Assembly (NCBI GenBank): GCA_965219685.1
Contig: CBDCOH010000002.1
Coordinates: 2,496,001 to 2,560,000, forward strand
Direction: 5' to 3'
From: Candidatus Spongiisociaceae bacterium
GTDB lineage: Bacteria; Actinomycetota; Acidimicrobiia; Spongiisociales; Spongiisociaceae
DNA: 64,000 nt
A program made the position numbers and the translations under genes. The notes beneath the pieces were generated by a model that made no database searches, had not been told where the DNA came from, and saw only the letters and a program-made list of their open reading frames with translations. This document shows, piece by piece, positions 51,242 through 61,651 of the stretch. Positions within the stretch are counted from its first letter, which is position 1; each line of letters begins with the position of its first letter.

Positions 51242-51812
51242 GTGGGTCGACGTTGGACGGGTGGTCAAGCTCCAGGTCCAGCGGGATCAGTTGCGCAAGG
51301 GAACTGTGTACTCCCCGCGCAACCTCGCCGAAGTGTCGGTACTACGGCTCACGCCCGACGGCACCATCGGCTTCGACGGGGCCTCATGGGTCGTCGACCG
51401 GCATCACCGCGCCCATCCCGCCTCGGCGCGCTATGACCCGGCCCGGGCGCTCTCCATAGGGTTCAGTTCCCACTACGAGTACATATGGGAGCGGTTCGAT
51501 CCCATACCGCTCGGATCGGCGGGAGAGAACCTGATCGTGGACGCGGACCGCATGGTGTCTCTGACCGACCTGCGCGGCGGCATACGCATCGGCACCTCCC
51601 ACGGGTCGGCCTCGATCGCGACGGCGGCGGTGGCGCAGCCATGCGCACCGTTCACGCGTTTCGCCACCGGACGCCGCGACGCTCGTGCCGGCGAGATAGT
51701 CGAGGAACGAGACCAGCTTCGAAGGGGGGTGCGGGGGTTCGTGATGGCGGTGGACGGTCTCGACAACTTCGATATCCACCCGGGCGCGCTCGTGTCCATC
51801 CGATCCGCCTGA
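51234..51812 (+). CDS. Hypothetical MOSC-like protein
   Basis: GSAGENL, QPC motif, RGF. Confidence 0.6.
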   Translation: MGEWVDVGRVVKLQVQRDQLRKGTVYSPRNLAEVSVLRLTPDGTIGFDGASWVVDRHHRAHPASARYDPARALSIGFSSHYEYIWERFDPIPLGSAGENLIVDADRMVSLTDLRGGIRIGTSHGSASIATAAVAQPCAPFTRFATGRRDARAGEIVEERDQLRRGVRGFVMAVDGLDNFDIHPGALVSIRSA

Positions 51813-51830
51813 ACTCCTGCCCCCGCTCCC

Positions 51831-52703
51831 ATGATCGCTGACAGCCCTGCTCCGGATGCGAGAGCCGCCGCGCTCCGGGTCGCCATCCTGCTTCTCGTGG
51901 CCGCCGTGACAGTGTCCTGCGGAGGCGACCGTCATGATGGGCTCCCCGACGACGCCCTGGTGCTGATGGTCTCATCGGATCTGGCGGTGGGCCCCCAGCG
52001 CGTGCTGGTCGCCGCAGTCGACCGCGACAACCGGTCACTGGTGTCCGACACACCTGTCGGAGTGGTCTTCTACGGGCCGGACGGGACGGCCCGGGAGGAG
52101 ACGGCGGCCCGGTTCATCTGGGCGATACCCGAGGTGCGCGGCTTGTGGACGGCCAACACGACGTTCGACGCTCCGGGGAACTGGAAGCTGGCGGTCCGCG
52201 GCGTCGATGGCAGGCTCGTGGAAGGCGCCGCATTCAGCGTCGCGGCGGAACCGCAGACCGTCGAGGTCGGGAAGCGTGCTCCCGCGTCCCTTTCCAAGAC
52301 CTCGACCGATGCCCCAATCCGGACCATCACCAGCGATCCCGAGCCGGACCCTCGCCTCTACAGGATGTCCGTGGCGGAAGCGGTCGGATCGGGGCGTCCC
52401 ACGGTCGTCATCTTCGCCACACCGGCATTCTGCACGAGCCAGACCTGCGGACCGGCCCTGGACACCGCCAAGGGACTGGTGGACGACTATGCGGCCGTGA
52501 ACTGGGTCCACGTGGAGGTTTACGAGAACCTCGACGCGTCTACCGCGGAGGAGTTGGTGATCGCCGAACCGGTGATCGAGTGGGGCCTGCCGAACGAGCC
52601 CTGGGTGTTCGTCGTGGACGCGTCGGGCGTCGTGGCAGACCGGTTCGAGGGCGTGGTGGACCGGATGGAACTCGAGGACGCCCTGGCTCGGGTCATATCA
52701 TGA
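51831..52703 (+). CDS. Thioredoxin-fold lipoprotein with CxxxxC
   Basis: Lipobox TVSC; FATPAFCTSQTCGP, HVEVY, EPWVFVVD. Confidence 0.75.
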   Translation: MIADSPAPDARAAALRVAILLLVAAVTVSCGGDRHDGLPDDALVLMVSSDLAVGPQRVLVAAVDRDNRSLVSDTPVGVVFYGPDGTAREETAARFIWAIPEVRGLWTANTTFDAPGNWKLAVRGVDGRLVEGAAFSVAAEPQTVEVGKRAPASLSKTSTDAPIRTITSDPEPDPRLYRMSVAEAVGSGRPTVVIFATPAFCTSQTCGPALDTAKGLVDDYAAVNWVHVEVYENLDASTAEELVIAEPVIEWGLPNEPWVFVVDASGVVADRFEGVVDRMELEDALARVIS

Positions 52704-52810
52704 ACTCCCTCCGGCTACCGAGTCCGGCTCCGGCTTGTTCGCAGGCGCGCCGAACCCGTAACATGCGGGGGTCCCGCGATAGACCCGCGGTCGGCTCAGG
52801 GAAGGGATAG

Positions 52811-53881
52811 ATGAACCGACGCCAACGGCCCGCCTGGCGGCGTTCCAAGAGTGCGCCGGTAGCCCTCGTAGCCCTCGCACTGCTGGGTGCCTGCGGCCGG
52901 GTCGAGCAACCCCTCAACTCGTTCGACTCCCAGGGGCCGATCGCCGAGCGCATCAACGACCTCTTCTGGCCGGTGTTCTGGATGGCGGTTGCCATATTCG
53001 TGCTGGTTCAGGGCGCCCTCCTGGTAGCCGTCTTCCTGTTCAGGGAGCGCAAGGACCGTGAACGTCCCGAACCCAAGCAGACCAAAGGCAACAAACGGCT
53101 GGAACTGCTCTGGACGGTGGTCCCCACCCTGATCCTCACGGGGATTGCCGTGCCCACGGTGACCACCCTGTTCGACCTGGCCGAGTGCCCTCGAGACTCC
53201 ATGGAGATCGAGGTGATCGGTCACCAGTGGTGGTTCGAGTTCCGCTACCCGGACTCCGGCGTGGTCACCGCCAACGTCATGGTGATACCCGAGGACACCG
53301 AAGTGTGCGCCAGGATGACTTCCGACGACGTGTTGCACAACTTCTGGATCCCGAAGTTGGCCGGCAAACGCTACCTCGTGCCGGGCCAGGAGACCGATCA
53401 GCGCCTCTATGCCGATGACCCCGGCGAGTACTGGGGTCATTGTGCCGAGTTCTGCGGCCTCAGCCACGCCCGCATGCGGGCACGGGTGGTCGCGATGACC
53501 AAGGGAGACTTCGACGCCTGGGTGGGCAGCCAGTTGCTTCCGGCGGCTACCCCGGCACCCGGCTCGGAGGCGGAACGCGGCATGGAGGTGTTCATGGGCG
53601 GCGCTTGCATCGGGTGCCATATCATCGATGGCGTGAACGATCCCGACCCGTCCACCCTCACCGTCCCCGCGCCTGACCTGACCCACTTCGCGAGCCGGGG
53701 CGTGTTCGCAGGGGCGACCCTGCCGGCGGGTCTGAACCCGACCCCTGCCGACTGGGAGGAGGGACTGCGGCTGTGGCTGGAAGACCCACCCACCTGGAAG
53801 CCGGGATCGTTCATGTCGGACCTCGGCCTGACCGCAGACGAGATCGACGCGCTGGTCGCCTACCTGTCCATGCTGGAATGA
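52811..53881 (+). CDS. ctaC: Cytochrome caa3 oxidase subunit II with heme c
   Basis: Lipobox LGAC, GHQWW, DVLH, CAEFCGLSHARM (CuA), CIGCH. Confidence 0.95.
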   Translation: MNRRQRPAWRRSKSAPVALVALALLGACGRVEQPLNSFDSQGPIAERINDLFWPVFWMAVAIFVLVQGALLVAVFLFRERKDRERPEPKQTKGNKRLELLWTVVPTLILTGIAVPTVTTLFDLAECPRDSMEIEVIGHQWWFEFRYPDSGVVTANVMVIPEDTEVCARMTSDDVLHNFWIPKLAGKRYLVPGQETDQRLYADDPGEYWGHCAEFCGLSHARMRARVVAMTKGDFDAWVGSQLLPAATPAPGSEAERGMEVFMGGACIGCHIIDGVNDPDPSTLTVPAPDLTHFASRGVFAGATLPAGLNPTPADWEEGLRLWLEDPPTWKPGSFMSDLGLTADEIDALVAYLSMLE

Positions 53882-53900
53882 CCCACGTAAGGAGAGCCGG

Positions 53901-55949
53901 ATGGCAATCGACTTGACAACCGAAACCGTCGAGCGGCCGGCCACCACCGTCTATCGCCGCCCCCGGCTGACGACCGGTTTCTGGGCGTGGATCACCACCG
54001 CCGACCACAAGAAGATCGGTCTCCTCTACGGCTACACCGCCTTCGCCTTCTTCATCGCCGGGGGCGTCGAGGCGCTGCTGCTCCGGCTACAGCTGGCCGG
54101 CCCGGACGGCGCCTTCCTCAGCGCCGCCGAGTACAACGGCCTGTTCACAACCCACGCGGTGACGATGATCTTCCTGTTCGTGATGCCGATCTCGGCCGCG
54201 TTCTTCAACTACCTCCTCCCGCTCATGATCGGCGCCCGGGATGTGGCATTCCCCCGCATGAACGCGGTGAGTTACTGGATCTTCCTGTTCGGAGGTTTGT
54301 TCATCTACTCCTCGTTGCTGTTCGCCACATCTCCGGCGCCCCTGGGCGGCAACCTGCCGGGCGGGGCCACCGACGCCAGCATGCTCGGGTCGATCCCCAA
54401 CAGCGGGTGGTTCATCTACGCACCCAACAGCGGAGCCGAGTACTCGCCGGGCACCTCGATCGACTACGCGGCGCTCGGCTTGCAGATGCTCGGCATCGCA
54501 TCGCTGATCTCGGCGGTCAACTTCATCGTCACGATCCTCAACATGCGGGCGCCGGGAATGCGGCTGCTACGCATGCCGGTGTTCGTGTGGATGACGCTGG
54601 TGGTGGCGCTGCTGCTGCTCTTCTCGCTCCCGATCATCGCCATCGCCCTGTTCATGCTCACCTTCGATCGCCAGTTCGGAACCCTGTTCTTCGTACCGGA
54701 GGCGGGCGGCGACCCGATCCTGTGGCAGCACCTGTTCTGGCTGTTCGGACACCCCGAGGTCTACATCCTGATCCTGCCCGCCATGGGCATCGTGTCCGAG
54801 ACGCTCCCGGTCTTCTCCAAGAAGCCGCTGTTCGGCTACCCCGCGGTGGTGTTCGCCGGCGCAGCCATCGCCTTCCTCGGGTTCGGGGTCTGGGCCCATC
54901 ACATGTTCTCATCGGGGATCCCGACGGTCGCGCAGGCGGCCTTCGGGCTCTCGACCATGACGATCGCCATCCCCACCGGGATCAAGATTTTCAACTGGTT
55001 GGGCACGGTCTGGGGAGGCAGGGTAAAGCTGGCCACCCCGATGCTCTTCTCGCTGGGTTTCGTGGCCCTCTTCGTGATCGGCGGCCTGTCCGGCGTGACC
55101 CACGCCGTCGTCCCGTCGGACTGGCAGCAGACCGACACCTACTACATCGTGGCCCATTTCCACTACGTCCTGTTCGGCGGGGCGATCTTCGGACTGTTCG
55201 CCGGGATCTACTACTGGTTCCCGAAACTCACGGGCCGCATGTACAACGAGGCGCTGGGAAAGTGGCACTTCTGGCTGATGTTCATCGGCATGAACCTGAC
55301 ATTCGGTCCCATGCACTGGCTCGGGTTGCAGGGCATGGTGCGACGCACATGGGTCTACCCGGAGGAGGCCGGCCTGGGCGTGTGGAACATGGTGGCCACG
55401 GTCGGGGCGTTCGTAATCGCGGTCTCCGTGCTGGTCTTCATGGTCAACTGGTCGTACTCGAAACGTCGGGGCCGACCCGCACCGGATGACCCGTGGGACG
55501 CCCGCACCCTCGAGTGGACGATCCCCTCGCCGAGCCCCGAGTACAACTTCGCGGTGGAACCGGTGGTCACCTCGCTGGATGACTTCTGGCACCGCAAGTA
55601 CGACGAGGACGCCGAAGGTCGGGCGGTGCGCAAGGAGGAGGCCGACGAGTACGTGGCCGACATCATCTACACCAACGGCCATCCCGACCACGAGATCCAC
55701 CTGCCCGCCCCCTCCTACTTCCCTTTCTTCGTCGGTCTGGGGATCATGATCATCTTCTACGGGATCATGTACCACACCCGTCCGTGGGGCATCCCGCTCA
55801 TCGTGGCGGGAGCGGTCGTGACGATCGGAGCCTTCGTGGCGTGGGGATCGGAGCCGCTCGAGGAGATCCACGAAGAGGAACACGGAACCCATGACGACGA
55901 CCCCCACGAGGAGGAGACCGAACCGGCGATGAGCGAGGGGGACGCCTGA
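53901..55949 (+). CDS. ctaD: Cytochrome c oxidase subunit I (A1 type) with two-TM C-terminal extension
   Basis: DHKKIG, GHPEVY, WAHH, HFHY. Confidence 0.97.
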   Translation: MAIDLTTETVERPATTVYRRPRLTTGFWAWITTADHKKIGLLYGYTAFAFFIAGGVEALLLRLQLAGPDGAFLSAAEYNGLFTTHAVTMIFLFVMPISAAFFNYLLPLMIGARDVAFPRMNAVSYWIFLFGGLFIYSSLLFATSPAPLGGNLPGGATDASMLGSIPNSGWFIYAPNSGAEYSPGTSIDYAALGLQMLGIASLISAVNFIVTILNMRAPGMRLLRMPVFVWMTLVVALLLLFSLPIIAIALFMLTFDRQFGTLFFVPEAGGDPILWQHLFWLFGHPEVYILILPAMGIVSETLPVFSKKPLFGYPAVVFAGAAIAFLGFGVWAHHMFSSGIPTVAQAAFGLSTMTIAIPTGIKIFNWLGTVWGGRVKLATPMLFSLGFVALFVIGGLSGVTHAVVPSDWQQTDTYYIVAHFHYVLFGGAIFGLFAGIYYWFPKLTGRMYNEALGKWHFWLMFIGMNLTFGPMHWLGLQGMVRRTWVYPEEAGLGVWNMVATVGAFVIAVSVLVFMVNWSYSKRRGRPAPDDPWDARTLEWTIPSPSPEYNFAVEPVVTSLDDFWHRKYDEDAEGRAVRKEEADEYVADIIYTNGHPDHEIHLPAPSYFPFFVGLGIMIIFYGIMYHTRPWGIPLIVAGAVVTIGAFVAWGSEPLEEIHEEEHGTHDDDPHEEETEPAMSEGDA

Positions 55950-56560
55950 TGGCCGACCCTTCCCACGGACACGCCGATGCCCCTGCCCATCATCAGGTCA
56001 CGGGCATCGACAATCGCAAGCTGGGGATGTGGGTGTTCCTGTCATCGGAGTTCCTGTTCTTCGGCGCTCTCATCAACAACTACCTGCTGTTCAAGGGACG
56101 GGACTTCGGCCCGGGCGCCCTGTACCCGGTGGAGCTCTACGACATACCCTTTACGTCGATCAGTTCGTTCGTGTTGCTGATGAGCTCGCTGACCATGGTC
56201 CTGGCGCATTCAGCATTGTCTCGAAACGACCAGGAACAGGCCCGGACCTGGTTGTTCGCCACGGCGATCCTCGGACTGGTGTTTGTGTCGGGCCAGTTCT
56301 TCGAGTTCGCCGAGTTCATTCTCCACGGCCTCAAACTCAACGTGAATCCGGCGGCCAGCGCCTTCTACATGCTCACCGGGTTCCACGGCGTTCACGTGAT
56401 CATCGGCGTGCTGATGCTCCTGGTCCTGGCCTTCAAGTCCGTCCGGCTGGGAGCGCTCTCCGAAGCCGAGGGCCTCAACGTGGAACTGGTCGGCCTGTAC
56501 TGGCACTTCGTCGATATCATCTGGATCGTGATCTTCGTGCTCGTCTATCTGATCCAGTAA
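55949..56560 (+). CDS. ctaE: Cytochrome c oxidase subunit III
   Basis: FLSSE, TGFHGVHV, YWHFVD. Confidence 0.95.
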   Translation: MADPSHGHADAPAHHQVTGIDNRKLGMWVFLSSEFLFFGALINNYLLFKGRDFGPGALYPVELYDIPFTSISSFVLLMSSLTMVLAHSALSRNDQEQARTWLFATAILGLVFVSGQFFEFAEFILHGLKLNVNPAASAFYMLTGFHGVHVIIGVLMLLVLAFKSVRLGALSEAEGLNVELVGLYWHFVDIIWIVIFVLVYLIQ

Positions 56561-56577
56561 GAGGCAGGGGTAGCGAA

Positions 56578-56889
56578 ATGGCCGGCGAAGCGCACCACCA
56601 TCCCCAACCACGGCAGTACGTGATAATCGCCCTCGTGCTGGCGGTACTCACCGCTGCCGAGGTCGCCCTCTTCTACCTGGAGGCCGGGGTAGAGGCCATC
56701 GGTCAAAGCTTGACCGTCCCGGCTCTTCTCATCCTCAGCGCCCTGAAGTTCTACCTGGTGGTGGCGATGTTCATGCATCTGCGTTTCGAGAAGCGGCTGC
56801 TGTCTCGGTTCTTCACGGCCGGCGCGGTGCTGGCAGGCGCTCTCTACCTGATCACGCTGGCAGCTCTTGGAGCTGTCATCCTGTTCTGA
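56578..56889 (+). CDS. ctaF: Cytochrome c oxidase subunit IV
   Basis: VLTAAE, K..LV..FMHL. Confidence 0.88.
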   Translation: MAGEAHHHPQPRQYVIIALVLAVLTAAEVALFYLEAGVEAIGQSLTVPALLILSALKFYLVVAMFMHLRFEKRLLSRFFTAGAVLAGALYLITLAALGAVILF

Positions 56890-57007
56890 CCACCAACCCG
56901 GATAGGTCGTACCGCCCGGTACGGTTACCCTGACGTACGCAACGGAACCGGCTTGGACGCGTGCATGACCCGACCATCCGCCACCCCGACCACGGGAGTT
57001 TCCTGAC

Positions 57008-57817
57008 ATGATTCCCGCCTGGCACCCGCACCTGGACGTCTGGGCCTTCGTCTTCGTGCTCGGGTTCGGCTACTGGTACGCAATCAGGCGAATCGGTCCA
57101 TATATGGATGTCGAGGGTCCCCTGGTCACCCGTCGCCAGGCAACCATCTACACGATCGGGCTGCTGTCCCTGTGGGTCGTCTCGGACTGGCCCTTCCACG
57201 ACATAGCCGAGCGCCACCTGTTCCTCTTCCACATGATCGAGCACATGGTGCTGGCCCTGGTCTCCGCTCCCCTGCTCATTGCCGGAACCCCGGCCTGGCT
57301 TCTCAGGCGGCTGGTCGCCAACCCCCGCATACTGCCCACCCTGCGACCCCTCACCAGGCCGCTGGCGGCATTCTTCATCTTCAACGGGATCATGGTCGGC
57401 ATCCACTGGCCCGAGATCGTCAATCTGATGGTCACGTCCGGCGTGTACCACTTCATCATCCACGCGCTGCTGATAGCGGCCGCCGCCGTGATGTGGTTGC
57501 CGGTGCTCAGTCCGGTGCCCGAGATCAAGCAGCTATCGCCGCCCCTCCGCATGCTCTACCTGTTCGCCCACTCGCTGCTCCCGACCATCCCGGCTTCTTT
57601 CCTGACGTTCGGGAGGGAGCCGCTCTACCGTTTCTACGCCGAGGCACCACGCCTGTGGGGTATCGATGCGATCACCGACCAGACGATGGCGGGTCTCGTC
57701 ATGAAGCTGGGCGGGGGCGCCATCCTGTGGGGGGTCATCGCGGTCCTCTGGTTCCGGTGGTACGCCTACGAACAGCGCTGGGAGGCCCTGGAGCGGGAAC
57801 TACGCCGAACACCGTGA
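57008..57817 (+). CDS. ctaG: caa3-type assembly factor CtaG
   Basis: HMIEH, APLL, HWP, DQ..AGLVMK. Confidence 0.9.
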   Translation: MIPAWHPHLDVWAFVFVLGFGYWYAIRRIGPYMDVEGPLVTRRQATIYTIGLLSLWVVSDWPFHDIAERHLFLFHMIEHMVLALVSAPLLIAGTPAWLLRRLVANPRILPTLRPLTRPLAAFFIFNGIMVGIHWPEIVNLMVTSGVYHFIIHALLIAAAAVMWLPVLSPVPEIKQLSPPLRMLYLFAHSLLPTIPASFLTFGREPLYRFYAEAPRLWGIDAITDQTMAGLVMKLGGGAILWGVIAVLWFRWYAYEQRWEALERELRRTP

Positions 57818-58797
57818 GAATCGCCAGAACCGCCGTCCTCGGATTGTTCCTGATCGCCGCCGGTTGCGGGGGTTCCGCCGACGACCGGGAGGAAGTGCGC
57901 GGGATCGTCCTCGAAGTGGAAGGGGACCTGGCGTCGGTGAGGTCATTCCTGCTACGAACCGACGACGGTGAGGTGCTGCGGGTGGTGCCGGCGCCCGACG
58001 GGGACTTCCGGTTCCCTCTCCCCCACCTGCACGAGCATCGACGGACAGCCGAGCCTCTCCTGGTGGAACTGGACCGCTCGCACGATCCGCCCCGCGCGAT
58101 CAGCCTCCGGGACGCCGACAACCCGGAGTGGCACGGGGAGCCCCGGACCGGAACCCGGCCACCGGACGAGGAGGAGCCGGACGACGAGGAGCTGGACGAG
58201 GAGGACGGAGGGGAACAGCAGGACACAGCCGTCCCGCCCACCAGCCCGCCGGAAACTCCTAGCCCGCAAGAGGACGAGCAGACGACCCCTTCCACATCGG
58301 GACCGGATCCCGCGACCGGCGAGGAATCCGGCGCCTCGGCGGCCACCACGGCCACAAGGTCCACAACCTCCACAAGCCCCACTACCTCCACGACGCGAGT
58401 CACTGTTGAGGAGTCCGGGGAGCAGTCGCACGTGGTTGAAGAAGACGTTCCGGACAGCCCGGAACAGGCCGGACGGGAGCCGGAAGGGTCCGGAGACGAA
58501 GCGGACGAACCGCCGATCGAGGTCGACGTGGAACCCGAGGGACCCGTCATCGAGCTCGTCGTCACGGACGGGAAGCTCGATGGTGGCGCCCGTCGCGAAT
58601 CGGTGGCGTTGGGCGATACCGTGACGATCCGGGTGAGCGGCAACACCGATGACGAGGTTCATGTGCACGGCTACGACCTCTTCCTGGAACTTGAGGACGG
58701 CGGCGGAGAGTTGACCTTCGAAGCCTCGATTCCCGGTGTGTTCGAGATCGAACTCGAAGGCTCGCACACCCTGCTCGTACGCCTGGAGGTGTCCTGA
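57814..58797 (+). CDS. Lipoprotein with His motif, acidic linker and C-terminal cupredoxin-like domain
   Basis: GTG 57814, lipobox AAGC, PHLHEH, EVHVHGYD, PGVFEIE. Confidence 0.7.
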   Translation: MRIARTAVLGLFLIAAGCGGSADDREEVRGIVLEVEGDLASVRSFLLRTDDGEVLRVVPAPDGDFRFPLPHLHEHRRTAEPLLVELDRSHDPPRAISLRDADNPEWHGEPRTGTRPPDEEEPDDEELDEEDGGEQQDTAVPPTSPPETPSPQEDEQTTPSTSGPDPATGEESGASAATTATRSTTSTSPTTSTTRVTVEESGEQSHVVEEDVPDSPEQAGREPEGSGDEADEPPIEVDVEPEGPVIELVVTDGKLDGGARRESVALGDTVTIRVSGNTDDEVHVHGYDLFLELEDGGGELTFEASIPGVFEIELEGSHTLLVRLEVS

Positions 58798-58814
58798 TCC
58801 GCCACCGGGCATCA

Positions 58815-60173
58815 GTGTTCGTCGTGTCGGCAGCAGCGGTTATGGCGGCGGCCCTCCCCGCGGCGGCCCACGGTGTCGGTGGAAGGACCGACCTGCCGAT
58901 TCCTGTCTGGCAGTTCGCATGGGCAGCCGCCCTCGCTTTGGTCGCCTCCTTCGCGATGCTCGGCCGGTTCTGGACCCGGCCCCACCTCGAATCCGCAGCC
59001 CCAGGCGTCTCTCTCCCGGAGTTGGTGCAGATGATCGGCCGGCTGTGCGTCCCATTGGCGAGGCTGGCGGGACTGGCGGCGTTCGTGGTGCTGCTCTATG
59101 CAGCCTTGGCGGGGGACCGCGAGGTGAGTTCGAACATAGCTCCTTACGCGGTATTCATCGTCTTCTGGGTGGGAATCCAACTCGTGTCGGCGGTGATCGG
59201 TGACCTGTGGGCCGGACTGGGTCCCTTCCGGACTCTCGCCGACATCGGCGCGTGGCTCCGCGCAGAAGCCATCCGGTCGGCCATGTCGCCGTCGGATCAT
59301 GGCGCCGGGAACCGATGGTGGGCCGTCGGCTCGATGTCCACCTTCGTCTGGCTCGAACTCGCCTACCACGGAGGCGCCTCGCCCAGATCGATCGGTGCCT
59401 ACCTCGCGCTCTACACAGCCGTGATGGTGGTCGGGGCATCGGTAAGGGGCAGGGGGTGGGTCAAGGATGCCGACGGTTTCGGGGTCCTGTTCGGCATTCT
59501 CGCCGCGATGGCCCCGGTCTATCGCGACCGCTCCGGCGTCTGGCGCCTTAGATCACCGGTGGCCGGGTTGGCGACGCTCAATGCTTCGCCGGCCACCGTC
59601 CGCCTCATTCTGGTGGTACTCGGATCCACGACCTTCGACGGTTTCTCGCGCAGTTCGCTATGGCTGGACGTCGTCTCGAACCGCTCCGGTTGGGCCTTGA
59701 CGGCCCTGAACACCGGAGGGTTGCTATTCGGAATCGGGGTCGTGATGTTCGTCTACCGCATGGCCATCGCGGCCATGGCCCGGACCACCGGGGAACCGGA
59801 GGACGAGTTGGGCGATGCCTTCGCGCCGTCGCTGTTGCCGATCGTGGTGGCCTACACGGTGGCCCATTACTTCAGCTACCTGGTCCTCGACGGCCAGGCC
59901 GTCATCAGGCTGGCTTCGGACCCGTTCGGCATGGGATGGGACCTGTTCGGCACCGCCGGGTACCGGGTCGACTACACGCTGCTGTCCACCGCCTCCATCG
60001 CCTGGATCCAGACCACGGCCATAGCCGTGGGACATGTGCTGGCTGTCCTGGTAGCCCATGATCGAGCGGTCGAGCGCTACCCCCACCCGCTCGCAGTGCG
60101 GTCCCAGTACCCGATGCTGGTAGCGATGATCGTCTACACCGTGTCCGGCCTGTTCCTACTACTTGGCACGTGA
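58815..60173 (+). CDS. Uncharacterised polytopic membrane protein
   Basis: Signal ending AAA-HG, about 10 hydrophobic segments, AHYF, GHV...AHD, SQYPM. Confidence 0.8.
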   Translation: MFVVSAAAVMAAALPAAAHGVGGRTDLPIPVWQFAWAAALALVASFAMLGRFWTRPHLESAAPGVSLPELVQMIGRLCVPLARLAGLAAFVVLLYAALAGDREVSSNIAPYAVFIVFWVGIQLVSAVIGDLWAGLGPFRTLADIGAWLRAEAIRSAMSPSDHGAGNRWWAVGSMSTFVWLELAYHGGASPRSIGAYLALYTAVMVVGASVRGRGWVKDADGFGVLFGILAAMAPVYRDRSGVWRLRSPVAGLATLNASPATVRLILVVLGSTTFDGFSRSSLWLDVVSNRSGWALTALNTGGLLFGIGVVMFVYRMAIAAMARTTGEPEDELGDAFAPSLLPIVVAYTVAHYFSYLVLDGQAVIRLASDPFGMGWDLFGTAGYRVDYTLLSTASIAWIQTTAIAVGHVLAVLVAHDRAVERYPHPLAVRSQYPMLVAMIVYTVSGLFLLLGT

Positions 60174-60199
60174 GACAGTCGATGGCCGGCAACGGAGAC

Positions 60200-60266
60200 T
60201 ACCAACCAGTTATTAGACAATAACTAACAAAAACTATTAACTACCGACTAATAACTAGAAACTACG
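60200..60266. repeat. AT-rich degenerate heptamer tract containing the stop of the 60248-61423 gene
   Basis: caaaaac tattaac taccgac taataac tagaaac; shares units with the 4541 tract. Confidence 0.6.
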
Positions 60267-61423
60267 TACGCGTGGTCGGCGGGCGCTTCTTCCTCGCCGT
60301 GATCCGTTGACATCGAGGCGGCGATCAGCGCGATCATGAGAAGCACCACCCCGACTCCGGCCGCCGCCACCAGAACCTCGTTCCTGGTGACTTGAAGGTT
60401 GGGACGCGACGCCATCAAGGTGGCGAAGACGAGGGTGCCGATGGCCACGAGGATGGCTATCAGTGGCGCGAACCCGGCGAAACGGAGCAGCAGGGAGCCG
60501 AAGGAAACCACGATCACCAGGATCAATAGGGTGGCGGTGACCGGGAACAGGAGCGCATCGCCGAGCCGCCGCCTGACCGTCTCCGCATCCTCGGCCTCAT
60601 GCCCCGCCAGGGCGGCGGGCTGGGCCATGGCTTGGGCGATCCCTCCGGTCGCGGCGCCCAGCAACGCCGAGGCAGCCACCATGCCGATGACCGTCATCGG
60701 ACCGATGGCGACCAGCTTGGTGCCGGAGAGGGACGCCTCGGCCGTGGCGAACACGACACCACCCAGTCCGGATCCGAGAACCAGCCCCACGAAACCGCCG
60801 GAGAACACCGATCCGAGGGTCGTGGTGTCGGTCTGGTAAGCCGGCGACCGGAACCTGCCTGCGCCGCGTGCTGCCAGCGAGATAATGGCCCCCGCGGCCG
60901 CCCAGATCGCTCCGGTTGCTGCCACAGACGTCCATGTGACCTCGACTGCCGGCCCGCCCAAGATGGTGGTTTGGGAGATCCGACCGAGGACTAGGGGCGC
61001 CTCGGCGACCAGCGTGAGAAGCCCCAGGACCGCACCGAGGGCGGCGCCTGTCCTGGCACCGAGGCGGATCCGATCTCCCAGCGCGGCCGGCTCTACCGGT
61101 TCAGCCTCCTCCTCCAGCCGCTCCTCGAGGATCTCGAACTCGGCCACCGCAACCTCCGCGAGCACCGGCTGCGGGTCGGGAACCGCCGCCACCGGCTCGG
61201 GTTCGGGCTGAGATGCAGCCGCCGGGGGCGCGGGAGAGACCTCCGGACTCGCCGTCACCGTGGCGGTCGCCGTAGCGAGCCCACCGCCTCCCGACCATGC
61301 GTCGAGGACCTGCTCCAGCGCGACACCCTGCGCCTGGGCGCGGGCTGCCGCTGATCGCTCCACCAGGTGTTCGGGCGCACCGCCGAGGAGTTCACCGATC
61401 GTCGAGAGTCGCGGGTCGGACAT
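60248..61423 (-). CDS. Hypothetical multi-TM membrane protein
   Basis: N-terminal PEHLVERS..AR...WSGG segment, Pro/Ala linker, about 7 TMs; TAACAT 8 nt before the ATG. Confidence 0.75.
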   Translation of the reverse strand: MSDPRLSTIGELLGGAPEHLVERSAAARAQAQGVALEQVLDAWSGGGGLATATATVTASPEVSPAPPAAASQPEPEPVAAVPDPQPVLAEVAVAEFEILEERLEEEAEPVEPAALGDRIRLGARTGAALGAVLGLLTLVAEAPLVLGRISQTTILGGPAVEVTWTSVAATGAIWAAAGAIISLAARGAGRFRSPAYQTDTTTLGSVFSGGFVGLVLGSGLGGVVFATAEASLSGTKLVAIGPMTVIGMVAASALLGAATGGIAQAMAQPAALAGHEAEDAETVRRRLGDALLFPVTATLLILVIVVSFGSLLLRFAGFAPLIAILVAIGTLVFATLMASRPNLQVTRNEVLVAAAGVGVVLLMIALIAASMSTDHGEEEAPADHAYVVSSY

Positions 61424-61519
61424 CGCCCGAGATGTTAGCCGGGACGCAGAGGCGCCGACCCGGCCCGGAATTCGTATTGGCGGCTCCCCGTGCGGGATGG
61501 AGCTATCGCTCCGGAGCGA

Positions 61520-61651
61520 TCAGGACCGATCCTTCCGCTCGCGCGAGCGGTGGCGAGCCCTCGCCCGGCGTTCCGCCCAGAAGATCAGAAACAGCCCCAC
61601 GAACGCTACGCCGAAGCCCACGATGTAGTCGTATGGATGATGTGCCAGCAT
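61520..61651 (-). CDS. Putative 43-aa single-TM small protein (below the ORF track cutoff)
   Basis: MLAHHPYDYIVGFGVAFVGLFLIFWAERRARARHRSRERKDRS; GAGAG upstream; mostly G/C third positions. Confidence 0.55.
   Translation of the reverse strand: MLAHHPYDYIVGFGVAFVGLFLIFWAERRARARHRSRERKDRS

Noticed and set aside
57735-58646. Ser-rich minus-strand ORF
   Set aside because: Antisense of the acidic linker of the 57814-58797 lipoprotein
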